From assembly GCA_951406725.2 (NCBI GenBank), contig OX597822.1, positions 44,330,001-44,394,000 on the forward strand: a stretch of DNA of 64,000 nucleotides, given 5' to 3'. The notes below the pieces were generated by a model. That model searched no databases, was not told where the DNA came from, and saw only the letters and a program-made list of their open reading frames with translations. The DNA is from Octopus vulgaris (taxonomy: Eukaryota). Position 1 is the stretch's first letter. Each line of letters opens with the position of its first letter. This document shows positions 1-13,155 of this stretch, piece by piece. The position numbers were made by a program, and so were the translations under genes.

Positions 1-88
1 CGGAATTTGAACTCAGAACGTAGCGGCAGACGAAATACTACTATGCATTTCACCCGGCGTGCTAATGGTTCTTCCAGCTTGCTGCCTT
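1..88 (-). mobile_element. tRNA-derived SINE family A, head fragment
   Basis: Reverse complement matches the head of the copy at 35350 (GGCAGCAAGCTGG..TTAGCACGCCGGG..GAGTTCAAATTCCG). Confidence 0.75.
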
Positions 89-96
89 GGATTTAA

Positions 97-538
97 TCTA
101 TACATACAAAGCTAAAGTTGTCTGTGTGTGTGTGTGTGTGTGGCAGGTTTGGTAGCCTTCAACTAACACTATCTCCTCCGAGACCCTGCGGCGCAATTTG
201 ACCAAGATTGAGAGTAAGTTAGGCTTGCTCTTCATTCCGTAGAAGAAAAAATTCAAATCGGACCATGTTAAGACCAAAAATTATTTACATTAAAAAGATG
301 CTTTTTTCTATGAAAAGCCTTATATTTTACGATTTTTTAACTGCTGTGTCGCCATTTTTCGGTGTATTTCGACCAGAAAAATGTTCACTTAAAGAGAATA
401 ACAAGCTAAATAATGCAGAATCTTTACTTTTCAAAAAAGATTGAAACTGTGTCAAAAATTTGTAAACGCGACATCAAAGTCTGCCGTTTTAAGCGCAAAT
501 AAAAAACAAACCCGAGCAACGCTGGGCTATATTGCTAG
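97..538 (+). mobile_element. Non-autonomous Helitron
   Basis: Starts A|TC (97) and ends CTAG|T (535-538). A GC-rich hairpin CCCGAGCAACGCTGGG lies ~8 nt before the end, and a short TG repeat is near the 5' end. Confidence 0.7.
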
Positions 539-908
539 TGTTAAATAATATTGAAACATCTGATAAACGTGAGAGGGAGGAGGAAGAGAGGAAACGAGGA
601 GGAAATCAAAGATGACGGCATGGCGTGTAAAGAAAAATATAGGACAAAGGAGACATTAGTTAATTAGTTAAAGTTTTAATCCTCCTGATACTAAAATTGA
701 AGGAAGAGGGCATTTACTAATTACATAATAGATTACCAGGCAGCAGTCAACCATCACCATACTATTCCATCACGTACCGTTTTGAAAAGAGACGCTTCAA
801 TCACACCAAAAATAAACATCAGCAACAACACCAAGAACAATATGAACTGAATTGAGATTATATTATATAAATATGTATATATATATATGTATATATATAT
901 GTATATAA

Positions 909-990
<82 letters not shown>

Positions 991-1009
991 ATATATAAAC
1001 TAAGAAAAC

Positions 1010-1238
1010 TTAGATATCTTTCGACCAAAGATTGGTCACGGCCATATCTAACTAAATACTACCACCTGATAGGATTATCTAAATCCTTTTTAAGTCAAGT
1101 TTTGTTTATGATCCATTCAAGTAGTGAGTTCTTTTTGAGTGAGTTGTATTCAGGTATGAGTGGCTCATCTGGTATTCCTTAAAGATGATGGGATCCTTTT
1201 CCTCTTAAATCAGTTTTGGGACAAAGTTAAACAGGGCA

Positions 1239-1240
<2 letters not shown>
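1010..1240 (-). mobile_element. CR1-like LINE 3' end relic
   Basis: Similar to 9630-9880. Minus frames give [21 protein letters not shown], typical of a CR1 ORF2 C-terminus. Confidence 0.6.
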
Positions 1241-1295
<55 letters not shown>

Positions 1296-1312
1296 TACAC
1301 ACACATATATAT

Positions 1313-1351
<39 letters not shown>

Positions 1352-1505
1352 TATATATATATATAATTGTATTTATATACAATATCTTATATTTTATTTC
1401 TACTTTCATTCTCTCATTTCCCTGTATATTCCCTATCTCCTGATTTTCCAAAATAATTCCTTATTTCGAATTCAAACATTTACCTCTTTTTAACCATCTC
1501 ACATC

Positions 1506-1553
1506 GTCTCTGATGAAGGTATATCTATAATATCCTAGAAACAGCTGTAAGAC
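1506..1553 (+). ncRNA. Minimal type I hammerhead ribozyme motif (Penelope-type)
   Basis: GTCT-CTGATGA-[AGG..ATAT/ATATCCT]-A-GAAA-CAGCTG (palindromic stem III)-TA-AGAC. Confidence 0.75.
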
Positions 1554-1948
1554 TATATCTATATCTTCTTCCATATAAATGTCCTGAAAACTCCACACAG
1601 CCTTGGCTTTGTTAACTCTTGTCTAATATATATACAAAAAAAAGTATATATTGAATATTATTTTTTAAATCTTAGGAAAACAGACTGACTCGAGCAATCG
1701 GTGCGGATGTTTTCGAATTGTATGTAATGGCTTTCGTTGTTTAGTTCTTCAGACACACGTGTTGTAGAGAAATCTGCACAGAAGATGTTTATTTTAGCAA
1801 TGGTGTTCATTATTTCCTGATCAGTTTCGGATTCAGGATTTTTATAAACTATTCTTTTTCGTTTCCCAGTTGATCATTTTCTTCTTTTTGCTTTTCCTCA
1901 ATTTGTTTCGTTTACCGTTTGACTTTTACTCGTTTTAGTTATAGATAA

Positions 1949-2001
<53 letters not shown>

Positions 2002-2300
2002 AAGATAGATAGATAAATAGATAGATAGATAGATAGAAAGAAAGAGAGAGAGATACTCAGTCAGATAGACAAACAGGCAGACAGACAGATATATATGTGT
2101 TTATATATATATACATATATATAATTTATAAACAAGGGCAAAAGAAAATTGTTTCTACTTTTCTTTCGCCCTTGTTTATGAATTCTTTATAATTTTAACA
2201 TTTAAAGGTATTTCAAATATGCTGCCACTTCTGATGATTTTTTTTCTGGAAAAATGTTTTATCCTATATTAGTAGTATATATATATGTGTGTGTATGATA

Positions 2301-2365
<65 letters not shown>

Positions 2366-2551
2366 CTACAAAATTAGAGAATGGAGAAACATACTTAAAT
2401 CAATAAAACATCAACTATCAGATGATACCCAATCAATACTTTAATACACCATTACATATCAGTAAAGGCATTATACAAAATATACAGTAAGAGTAAATAG
2501 ACAAAGAGATATAAGTATAAAATTTCAAATATAATATGTAATTAAATCAAA

Positions 2552-2661
2552 TCTGACAGCTGTTTCGGCAGTGAGGGCAGTCATACCTCATTTAACCTAT
2601 AAGCCATAAAGGCAGGTATAAATGAGGCATTAACAAGGATGCCCCACGGCCTCTTCAGAGA
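2552..2661 (-). ncRNA. Type I hammerhead motif with extended stem II
   Basis: Minus strand: TCT-CTGAAGA-GGCCGTGGGGCA..inner hairpin ATGCCTCATTTA/TAAATGAGGTAT..TGCCCTCACTGCC-GAAA-CAGCTG-TC-AGA. Confidence 0.75.
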
Positions 2662-2889
2662 ATTAAATTTGTTATAATTGTGAAAAAGATTATTTAACCA
2701 TATACATATAAATATAAAAATATAAAAATGTAAAATATAAAAACTTATACATAAACTTCATAGTGCTACAATTATATAATATAATACTCATTGGTACAAT
2801 AATGGAAGGTAAACAGAACAAAATAAAACAAAATATATATCAGTGTATATATTACTATTAATAAGCACCGATATTATACATATTTGGCT

Positions 2890-2932
<43 letters not shown>

Positions 2933-2935
<3 letters not shown>

Positions 2936-3185
2936 ACGTAGAGTAGATGAAACCATAGCGACTGAAGAAGGGTTTTTTTCTTTGTGTTAATTGTCCTGTA
3001 CTCCATTTTTTGTTGTTTTTAAAAAATGTCCAGTTCCTTTGGTTTGTGTCTATGTTTTCGTTTCTCTTTATGTTCGACGTCCCTTTGGTGTCCTGTACTC
3101 ATATATGCGTGTATATGTACATGTAGAGGTAGGTACGTACATATATGTTTATATATATGCATATGTTTTATTTCATTTATTAATA
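2933..3185 (+). repeat. Dispersed repeat (putative Penelope-associated tail) with GAAA..CTGAAGA head
   Basis: 2965-3175 aligns by eye with 48254-48475. Confidence 0.6.
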
Positions 3186-3260
3186 TATATATATATACTT
3201 ATATATGTGTATGTATATATCTATATATATATATATATATAATATATATATATATATTTT

Positions 3261-3316
<56 letters not shown>

Positions 3317-3328
3317 TTATATATATAT

Positions 3329-3374
<46 letters not shown>

Positions 3375-3526
3375 AATATATATTTATTTATGTTTTATTT
3401 TATTTTATCTAGTTTCAGCTCACAAACTGTGGCCATGCTGGGACACCGCCATTTGGTGTTGCTACATGATTTTACTTCACGAATGCTTTTTAGCAATTGC
3501 CATTTGGTGCACGCGAGAGTTCGATG

Positions 3527-3580
<54 letters not shown>

Positions 3581-3804
3581 TGTATGTATGTATACATATA
3601 TATATATCACTCCCTTGACAGAAACGCACAAAGATTTCTTTTAGACAATAGACACCCCTTCTCTCACTCTCTGACACTCTAAACTCTACATCAAACCATT
3701 TATAATGAAGACTTCAACCAAAAATCTCCAGACATGTTCTTGACTATGAGATAGAAGATAGACTGCTTTTTCTTCAAAGTTTTGAAATTTTTATAAGTTT
3801 TTAC

Positions 3805-3846
3805 TAATATTTGATAAGATCAACTACATCGAAACCGGTAACATTA
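3805..3846 (+). ncRNA. Degenerate minimal hammerhead motif
   Basis: TAATAT-TTGATAA (two changes from CTGATGA)-GAT/ATC stem-GAAA-CCGG-TA-ACATTA. Confidence 0.5.
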
Positions 3847-4025
3847 ATAATTTTACTTATATAATCTTTTATTAAGTTCCCTCTTAAACTGAAATATCTT
3901 AGACTTAATTCTGCGTTATTTCCATCCCCATCTTTTTTATAATAAAAATGTGATTTTTATAGATCTCTATATTTTTTCAACTACACACGCACACATACAC
4001 ACATACACATACACACATACACATA

Positions 4026-4506
4026 CATTAATCCCTTGGCATATCGTGATTCACCTATCGCGCAGTCAGTACGTTGCGGATTTTTCTGACTAATATATAT
4101 ACATTTATATTGCGGACTACTCACTAGATCGCAGGTTTCTGCGGCCGATAGTTATTTATATTTGGTTAGACTTTAATTATTTGTGTGGTAAAATAAGAAT
4201 TTTCACGGCTAAAAATTAATAAATTAATACACAAAAATAGAGTAGAATGCAGCACTGTATAACATATTAATTAAAATATATTAAAAAGAAGATACTTCCT
4301 GTATCATAGATGAGTAAACTAACTTTTCCCATACTGAATGGCAAACGAAACTCGGGAGGCAAGTAGGTGGTATTGCTTTGCATTTATAATAAAATAAATA
4401 TATTCAATAAAAATGAGTAAAAAAACAGTACGGTTTCTACTTCACCGATTTTCACCCATCGTGAGGGGTTTTGGAACGTACATCCGCAATTGTCGACGGC
4501 TTACTG
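4026..4506. mobile_element. Tigger/pogo-like MITE
   Basis: TA-flanked imperfect TIRs CATTAATCCCTTGGCA.. and ..TGTCGACGGCTTACTG; no ORF. Confidence 0.55.
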
Positions 4507-4535
4507 TACACAGACACACACACAAACACACACAC

Positions 4536-4607
<72 letters not shown>

Positions 4608-4630
4608 ATAGATAGATAGTGTGTGTGTGT

Positions 4631-4927
4631 GGAGGCGCAATGGCCCAGTGGTTAGGGCAGTGGACTCGCCGTCGTAGGATCGTGGTTTCGATTCTCAGAC
4701 AGGGGGTTGTGAGTGTTTATTGAGCGAAAACACCTAAATCTTCTCGAGGCTCCGGCAGGGGATGGTGGCGATCCCTATTCTACTCTTTCGCCGCAAATTT
4801 CTCTCACTCTTTTGTAGGCCTGTTCGCTTAGCCAGCGAGGTGGCGTCATTTGAAGGCTAAAACAATCCAAAGGGCATTGTGACCAGCGAGTTGTAGCAAC
4901 ATCTGCTAGCCTGCTCGGTCACGTGAT

Positions 4928-4935
<8 letters not shown>
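4631..4935 (+). mobile_element. tRNA(Arg)-derived SINE family C, tail type 1
   Basis: A box TGGCCCAGTGG, B box GTTTCGATTC and a TCG anticodon-like loop. Head shared with 31722-32091 and 61037-61345. Confidence 0.8.
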
Positions 4936-4968
<33 letters not shown>

Positions 4969-4984
4969 ATCATTATTATTATTT

Positions 4985-5175
4985 TATTCCTCTACTTATT
5001 TCAATCATTTGACTGCGGCTTTGCTGGAGCTCCGTCTCGAAGGGTTTTTTCTTAGTCGAACATATCGACCCCCAAGACTTACTTCTTAAGCCTCGTGCTG
5101 ATTCTATAGATTTTCTTTGACGAAACGCTTAGTTACCAAGACCGGTTGTCCAGTGGGGATTGGGGACAAACACAC
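4985..5175 (-). mobile_element. SINE family B 3' part
   Basis: Reverse complement of the tail of 10945-11350. Confidence 0.65.
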
Positions 5176-5880
5176 ACTAATACACAAACATAAATATATA
5201 TACACGCGTGTGTGTGTTTATGGAAGGGAGTCTGTTCGTGCGAAAGAGAGCCAAAGAGAGATAGAGAGAGAAAGGGAGAGAGAGATAAACATATTCGTAA
5301 TATTACTACATATAGTATTTCTCCAATTTTAACGATTGCTTAATATGACAAAAGGAACTTACGGTTTCTTCAACAGTCTACACATACTTTCATTGAAGTC
5401 TCTACTAAAGACGTAATTGTTTTCAGGCTCGTGTTTGATGACGTTCTAGATTCTGCTTCAATTGCCTTGTGTGTCCGTTGTAAAACTCACATCGTCTCTT
5501 TTCCACCCAGCTTTATTAACAATAACACTATTTTTCTTCCAGGCTACTTGAAACGCCCAATTAACAGGTAAGAGTATCCACAACGCTTTGTTCAATAATC
5601 CTACGTGGCGAGACGGCACGGCGATTAAATTCAAACGATGTCACGCCACATACTCGCGGCGCACACTAACATATGCGCTTATGTGTCGATACATAAACGT
5701 ACATACATGCACACACACACACACACATATATATGCATATAACTGCATAGACAATATATACACACTGCCATAAATGTAAGTGATCAAACAAGAGTAGTAA
5801 CAATATTTGCATTAAGATCAATATACATTTTCACTTATAGACATACGGATATCGATTTAGGTATATATACATACATACAT

Positions 5881-5911
<31 letters not shown>

Positions 5912-5924
5912 TATATATATATAC

Positions 5925-5986
<62 letters not shown>

Positions 5987-6091
5987 TATACATACATGCA
6001 TTCCTGAATATGTACGTGCAATTATATTATATATATATGCATATATATAAAAGTATATATATTCATCAATGTGCAATTATACTTTAATGAA

Positions 6092-6144
<53 letters not shown>

Positions 6145-6244
6145 GTATATCTATATATCTATATAATATATATATATTTCATATATATATTCATATATAT
6201 ACACGTATACATGTATGCAGAGACATTTGAATATATCTATGCCC

Positions 6245-6316
<72 letters not shown>

Positions 6317-7078
6317 CATATACATGCATATGTGTATAGATAAAGACACACACATACACACACACACACGTATCTTTCATTGATTCCCAGGCTAATACCG
6401 ACTTGAGGCTAGAAAGCTAATGATTGGCGTGATAGCGAATAAGTTAATGAACCGGAAGTTAAATAGTCAAGTCCTATTGGTGCTGTCGAAGAAGAAAGGA
6501 AGATCGACGTGGTAGTCGACGCCAAAGAATTTTACAGAAGACAATGACAAAGCGAAAACAATAAAGACAAAACTAACACCATTTCTCCTTGTTCTCCATC
6601 CTCCACGACACCCTCGACGTTCTGCCCTACCCATCTTCCCGCTAATGTCTTAGCAGTCATTAATTGGTCGAGGCCTTTGTGGATTAAAACAACGTTTAAC
6701 TTACTGCAGGAACAGTATTTGCAATGGGCATTCATGTATGTTGCTCTCCAGCACTGTACTACATGTATATATGTATATATAAACTCTACACGTACGCACA
6801 CACATACATACACAAAGTTCACTCACAAATGAATGTATATACATGTATATATTATATGGCTACATACACGTATTTGTTTATATGGGTGTTTGAGTATGTA
6901 TACATGAATACATATAAATACATTTATACATAGATTTATGTATATAGATATAAAGAACTAATATATGAATATATATATATATCTATACACGCACACTCAC
7001 ACGCATGAATATGTATATATGTATATATATATACATTCACACATACTCACGCGCATGAATATATATATACATATATAA

Positions 7079-7120
<42 letters not shown>

Positions 7121-7208
7121 TTACACACATATGTATATAGTTATCAACAACTAATATATGAATATATATATATATCCATACATACACACTCACACGCATG
7201 AATATGTA

Positions 7209-7266
<58 letters not shown>

Positions 7267-7379
7267 TATATATATATATATACTTATATATATACATATA
7301 AACATATATATGCACAGTCGTGACAGTGTGGTAAGTAGTATATATGTGTGTGTGTGTGTGTGTGTATGTGTGTATGTGT

Positions 7380-7570
7380 CATCCCCCCGAACCGATCCTG
7401 GTGTCTTTACGTCCCCGTAACATAGCGGTTCGGCAAAGAGACAGAAACAATAAGTACTAGGCTTACAAAGAATAAGTTCTGGGTCGATTTTTTCGACTAA
7501 AGTCGGTGCTCCAGCATGGCCGCAGTCCAATAAGTGAAATAAATAAAAGAATAAAAGAAACAGAATAAAG
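7380..7570 (+). mobile_element. SINE family B 3' part
   Basis: TTTACGTCCCCGTAAC..GCGGTTCGGCAAA..CTCCAGCATGGCCGCAGTC shared with 11160-11340. Confidence 0.75.
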
Positions 7571-8308
7571 AGTATATATATATAAGATATATATATATAT
7601 ATATATATATATAGTGTATGTAACACACACACACATATATATATATGTGTGTGTGTATATGTATATATGTATATATGTATATATATATATATGTATACAT
7701 ATATATACATATATACATATATATGCATATATATACATATATATACATATATATACTTATATGTATGTATTTATGTATCCACAATATGCATGAATATATG
7801 AGGTCAAAGAAGAAATTACGGTCACCACTTTTCTTAAATTGCTAATGGACATATTACGGTAGGGAGAAATAGTGAAGCGAATAGGACGAAGGTAGACTCT
7901 GGAGATATAAAGAAATATGCAAATAAAGAAAGAAGACAAGAAAGAGTATTGTGAAAGGGAAAAATAAGAAAAACGAAGGAAAGCAACTATGTCCGTAATT
8001 TGTTTTACGTCACGAGGGATTTCGATTGGATTCGACTTATGAAAATGGAGATTGAATTTGTAATTCAAGTTGATTTGAAAGGGAGTCTATATTTGCCCAA
8101 TATAGACAAAACTGCGATGTAGATAGCCAATTATGTATGCGTGTATAAATAAATACACACACACACACACAGACACACACATACATCCATGTACATATAT
8201 TTCTTTCTCTCTCTCCCTCTCGCACTCTCTAAATCTATGCATGCATGCAAATTCAATAATCATACGCATCTATACTTTTTCAATGGCAGACATTATACAA
8301 TATACATA

Positions 8309-8348
<40 letters not shown>

Positions 8349-8552
8349 ACATATATATATATATGCATGTGCATATATGTATCTATGTATAAACATATAT
8401 AGATAGATAGATATGTATTTATGTATATATATACACATACACACACATATATGCATAAATCTACATTTACAAATGTATATATATATATATATACACACAC
8501 ATACACACACACTTATATACACATACATATATGCATAAATTGACATTTACAC

Positions 8553-8610
<58 letters not shown>

Positions 8611-9213
8611 GTAATATATATATACGTACACACATACATATGTAGTAATTCATATTCGAGAAAGGAGAGTAGATTAGTCGTAAGTAATGGAATGATGATT
8701 TCGTTTTCTTAAAACAAATAAGAAAATCAATAGAAGTTTGTCTTCGCCATATTGTTCTAATGTTCTTGGTGGAATCTCGGCATCATGTGTTCCTCGTCTT
8801 ATTTGGAATCGTCTAAGAACGGAATGCATCCACGAGATATTTATCGAGATTATAAAGATAATCCATATTGTTTTTAAGTATGTGTCTTACCTATCGCTAC
8901 ACGAACGTGATTGCACTCACTCCTAACTGTTGTTTCAGTGCTTATCTCCCCTTCTCATAGAAACCCTATCGTGCTCATGTTATGCTACACATGTTTGTGT
9001 GTTTACAAGCCGACATACGCTCATACACACACATCACACACACACGCACACAGGGACATACACGGACGCACAGAAACAACACATATGCATACAGTTGGGT
9101 AGTTAAATACAAACATAAATATATACTTATGTATACACACGCAGACATGTATATATGTGTGTAAATATACAAATTTACATATATGAAACTATCTATCTAT
9201 CTATCTATCTATC

Positions 9214-9259
<46 letters not shown>

Positions 9260-9619
9260 TGTGTGTGTGTGTTTGTTGGATACAATGTGAGACAACTGCT
9301 GTTGTCAGGCCTAACTCTACCACCATGACCGATATCCAAACTACAGTGGAAAAGGCTAGCTACTGGTTTTGTTTAAGAAGCAACAATAAGTGATGGCTAG
9401 ATAAATACTGAGCTTCGTTTGGTAACCAGTTGATCTAGCAAGCCGGGCCTCATATCATGAGGGATTCCGGTGCGCAGTGACGAAAGGTAGGCCCCGTAAC
9501 GGCGAGCATTCTCTCCTGATGATCTCAGACACTTGCTGGCCTCCGGTGTGCGGAGGTCTCGACTTGTAGCCGTTGCATGTGAAAATTGTTTGCAAAACAT
9601 ATATATATATATCTTAGAT

Positions 9620-10260
9620 TTGTTTCGATCAACCATTGGTCCAGGCTATGTCTAACTTATTAGCACCACCTGATAAGAATTTGCTAAACCTTTTCAACGT
9701 CAGGTTTTGTGACATCATGACCCATTCGAGTAAGGAATTCTTGTTGGGAGGGAGTTGTATCCAGGTACGGGTGGCATATCTGGTATTCCTTGACGAATTT
9801 TGTCCAGATTCTGTTTAAAGGTAATGGGACCCTTTTCCCCTTTGGTCAGTTTTGGGACAATGTTAAATAGGGTAGGGCCTGTTTAGGAACAGAAATTGTA
9901 TTTATGTGTTGTGATCCTGAATTAGATAGGGGACGTATGGCTCTTGGTCCTAGGCTTGGATGAATTCTGAAACTAACGTGGAGCTCGTTTGAGCAATGCT
10001 GGTGGTATATTCTTTACATCGTGTAAATGATGTATCGCTCGCAGCAGCGCTGGAGAGAATAGAGTTTCAATGCTTTAAGGCAGTCACAATAATCGAGATC
10101 ATTTGTGCCCTTGATTCTTTTAGTGATTGCCCTCTGGAGTGATTCAATCTTCGGAATGTTTACTTTTGTATGGTTAGACCACAGGTGGCAACCGCATTCA
10201 ATGTGTGGCCGTACAAAGGAGGAGAAAAGGGGAATGACGAAACCTTCTTCTCTGGACCGT
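9620..10260 (-). mobile_element. CR1-like LINE ORF2 C-terminal relic
   Basis: Peptides FVRPHIECGCHLWS, KIESLQRAITKRI, LKLYSLQR..ERY and GPTLFNIVPK. Confidence 0.75.
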
Positions 10261-10401
10261 ATATGGATATGTGTGTGTATATGTGTGTGTGTCTTATTAG
10301 ACAATAAAACAAGTGGTAGATTCAAGGTAACTTAGTGGTAACTTACTCATTTCTCAAAGATATATATATATATATATATCTTTGGGTAATGAATAAGTTA
10401 C

Positions 10402-10433
<32 letters not shown>

Positions 10434-10737
10434 TTGTAAGTATGTAATACTAGGTGGATAGATTTCCATCTATACATACATAAATGCTATCAAAGAGACT
10501 AGCTGCCAGTAGAGTTAGGGTTCAACAGTATGTCCACCAATGAACAACTTTATCTTACTACAATATTGATCCAATCATCAGGTCAAAGGAGAGGTTAAAA
10601 GGCCGACTCCGTGGGGTCCCATTACATAAAGAGGCAATCAGATATTATTTTTAACATTTTTATGCCTTTGAATGTACAAGTGTTTGAATGTGTTCACTAC
10701 TCACTCCTTCAATGGATCGGCAATTTATTTCTTATGT

Positions 10738-10900
10738 AAGGCGGCGAGCTGGTAGAAACGTTCAAATTCCGCCGAGGTCGGCTTTACCTTTCATCATTTC
10801 GGGTTCGCTTAATTTAAGTACCATTTGCGAACTGGGATCGATCTAATCGACTGGGCTCCTCACTAAAAGTTTCGGGCTTTGTGCCTAGAGTAGAAAGGAA
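10738..10900 (+). mobile_element. SINE family A, internally deleted
   Basis: GGCGGCGAGCTGG..GTTCAAATTCCGCCGAGGTCG..CCTTTCATC. Confidence 0.7.
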
Positions 10901-10944
10901 GATATTTCTGACTTGATGAAGAGTTAAATGATTAACTCACGCGC

Positions 10945-11350
10945 TGGTGTAGATGTGTGATAAGTAGTATGCTTACCAACCACATGTTTCCGGGTTCAGT
11001 CCCACTGCGTGGCACCTTGGGCAAGTGTCTTCTACTATAGCCTCGGGCCGACCAAAGCTTTGTGAGTTGCTTTGGTAGACGGAAACTGTAAGAAGCCTGT
11101 CATATATATTTATGTGTGTGTGTGTGTGTGTGCGCGCGCGCTCGTATTTGGCACCCAACCATCGCTTGACAACCGATGCTGGTGTGTTTACGTCCCCGTA
11201 ACCTAGCGGTTCTGAAAAACAGACCGCTAGAACAGTTACTAGTTCACAAAGAATAAGTCCTGGGTTCGATTTGTTCGATTACATGTAGTGCTCCAACATG
11301 GCCGCAATCAAATGCCTGAAACACATAAAAGAATTAAAGAAAGAATGAAA
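10945..11350 (+). mobile_element. tRNA-derived SINE family B, full length
   Basis: B box GGTTCAGTCC, CCTTGGGCAAGT core, internal TG microsatellite and A-rich tail. Many copies in the window. Confidence 0.8.
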
Positions 11351-11439
11351 GAATATACATATATATATAAATATATATATATATATATCTTTAATTTTAG
11401 TTTTAGCTCAAAGCTGTGGCCATGCTGGGGCACCGCACT

Positions 11440-12475
11440 TTTGCTACACAGTGCATTTGTTGAATAAGGGAATTTGATGTCGCTACGCTCATTTGCACCT
11501 CTTGCCGCGAGGTAGGTTCATCTGGAGCTTTCAACCGGGAGATGTCCAGTTTTGATTTGAAAAAATCTACATCCAATTTGTGTAGGTCCCTCAGGCTCTT
11601 TGGGATCTTTGGTATCTCTGGGATCTTTGGAACTGGGCAGTATCGATCTGTTCTGGCATTTGTGTCGCTTTCAATGCCAAAATTTATCACAATTCCTTCC
11701 AGGAATTGCGCATACATCTCCCACCTTCGCTCCAGGGAGTAAAGACTTAGCTCTTTCAGCCTTTCCCAATATCTGAGCTGTTGCAATGAGATGATCTTCT
11801 TTGTGAAGCTTAGCTGTTAATTTTACACTGTTGGGTGACCCCAGTAAGAAGCAGTAATCCAAGCGGCTGACAACATATGTCCTCAAGAAGACCATCATGA
11901 TTTCCTTTTCTCTGGTTCTGAACGTACTCAGGACCCATCCAGACAGTCGTCTGCACTTTCTCGCTATCCTGGTAATGTGTACTTGGAAAGAGGTATCATA
12001 ATTCATGTCAATACCCAGGTCCCTCACTGATTTAGGCTCTGCGATTGTTATCCCCTGTGGACCAGTTTATCCTGTAAGTTTAGTTTTGGACGCTGGTAGC
12101 GCAGGGCTTGGAATTTTTCAGCATTTACCTGCATATTATTGTTCTCAGCCCATATGTAAATTGCGTCCAACTCCTGCTACAGGTAAGCATCATCTCAGGG
12201 GTTCTGTATTTTCTGCGAGACATTCGTATCGTCTGCGTAGCTAGTGGCTATCCGGGTAGCTGAAGGCACACTTGAGAGGATCATTATGAAAAGCAGTGGT
12301 CCTAAGGCAGTGAGTGCCCTGTGGAACACGCCTCACTATTTGTGTTTGCTTTGAGGTGGTTCCAATGACCACTACTGCCTGACTTCTATCTTTCAGAAAG
12401 TCATGTAATCACGTTCGAAGTTTTCTAGCTATGCCGAGATCACGCAGGTTTTGGCATATAATACTCTGATCTACT
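11440..12475 (-). mobile_element. CR1-like LINE RT and C-terminal relic
   Basis: Frameshifted peptides RDLGIDM..SFQVHI, VVSRLDYC, YWERLKELSLYSLERR and FKSKLD..PDEP. Confidence 0.8.
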
Positions 12476-12480
12476 TTAAG

Positions 12481-12561
<81 letters not shown>

Positions 12562-12917
12562 ATGTGTGTATACACACACACACATATATATATATAAACA
12601 TATATACGCACACATATACATACACACACAGATACACATATATATATGTATAAAGGAAAACAGAAAATAGAGTTACAATTAATGGATAACAAATGATTTA
12701 CATCATATATTAATTGACAAACTCTAGTTTATTTTTGTCATTAACTATCATTTATGAGCATTAACACCAATGCTCATGATTAAATATACGTAATACACCA
12801 GTGGATTCATAGAATACCAGTTATCTCTCTGACTGTTGTTATAACCTCTAACGTACCCTGACCAATATATATATATTCATATATATATATATATTCATAT
12901 ATTCTAACGTACCCTGA

Positions 12918-12968
<51 letters not shown>

Positions 12969-12984
12969 TATATAGATATATATA

Positions 12985-13090
12985 TAGGCTCGAAACGTCA
13001 AAGACTCTTCCATTCTTCCCGAGCGTGAAACTAATGCACATGCTTGTTCCCTTATACGTCTTCGTCTTCTGTTTTCTGTAAATTTGAAAT
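12985..13090 (+). repeat. 5'-truncated copy of the hammerhead-bearing repeat at 59250-59450
   Basis: TAGGCTCGAAACGTCAAAGACT matches TAGGCTCGAAACGTAAAAGACT on the minus strand at 59344-59365. Confidence 0.6.
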
Positions 13091-13115
13091 ATATATGTGT
13101 GTGTGTGTAGAGAGA

Positions 13116-13155
<40 letters not shown>

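Noticed and set aside
4631-4705. tRNA gene
   Set aside because: A and B boxes are present, but there is no acceptor stem and it continues into a multicopy SINE body.
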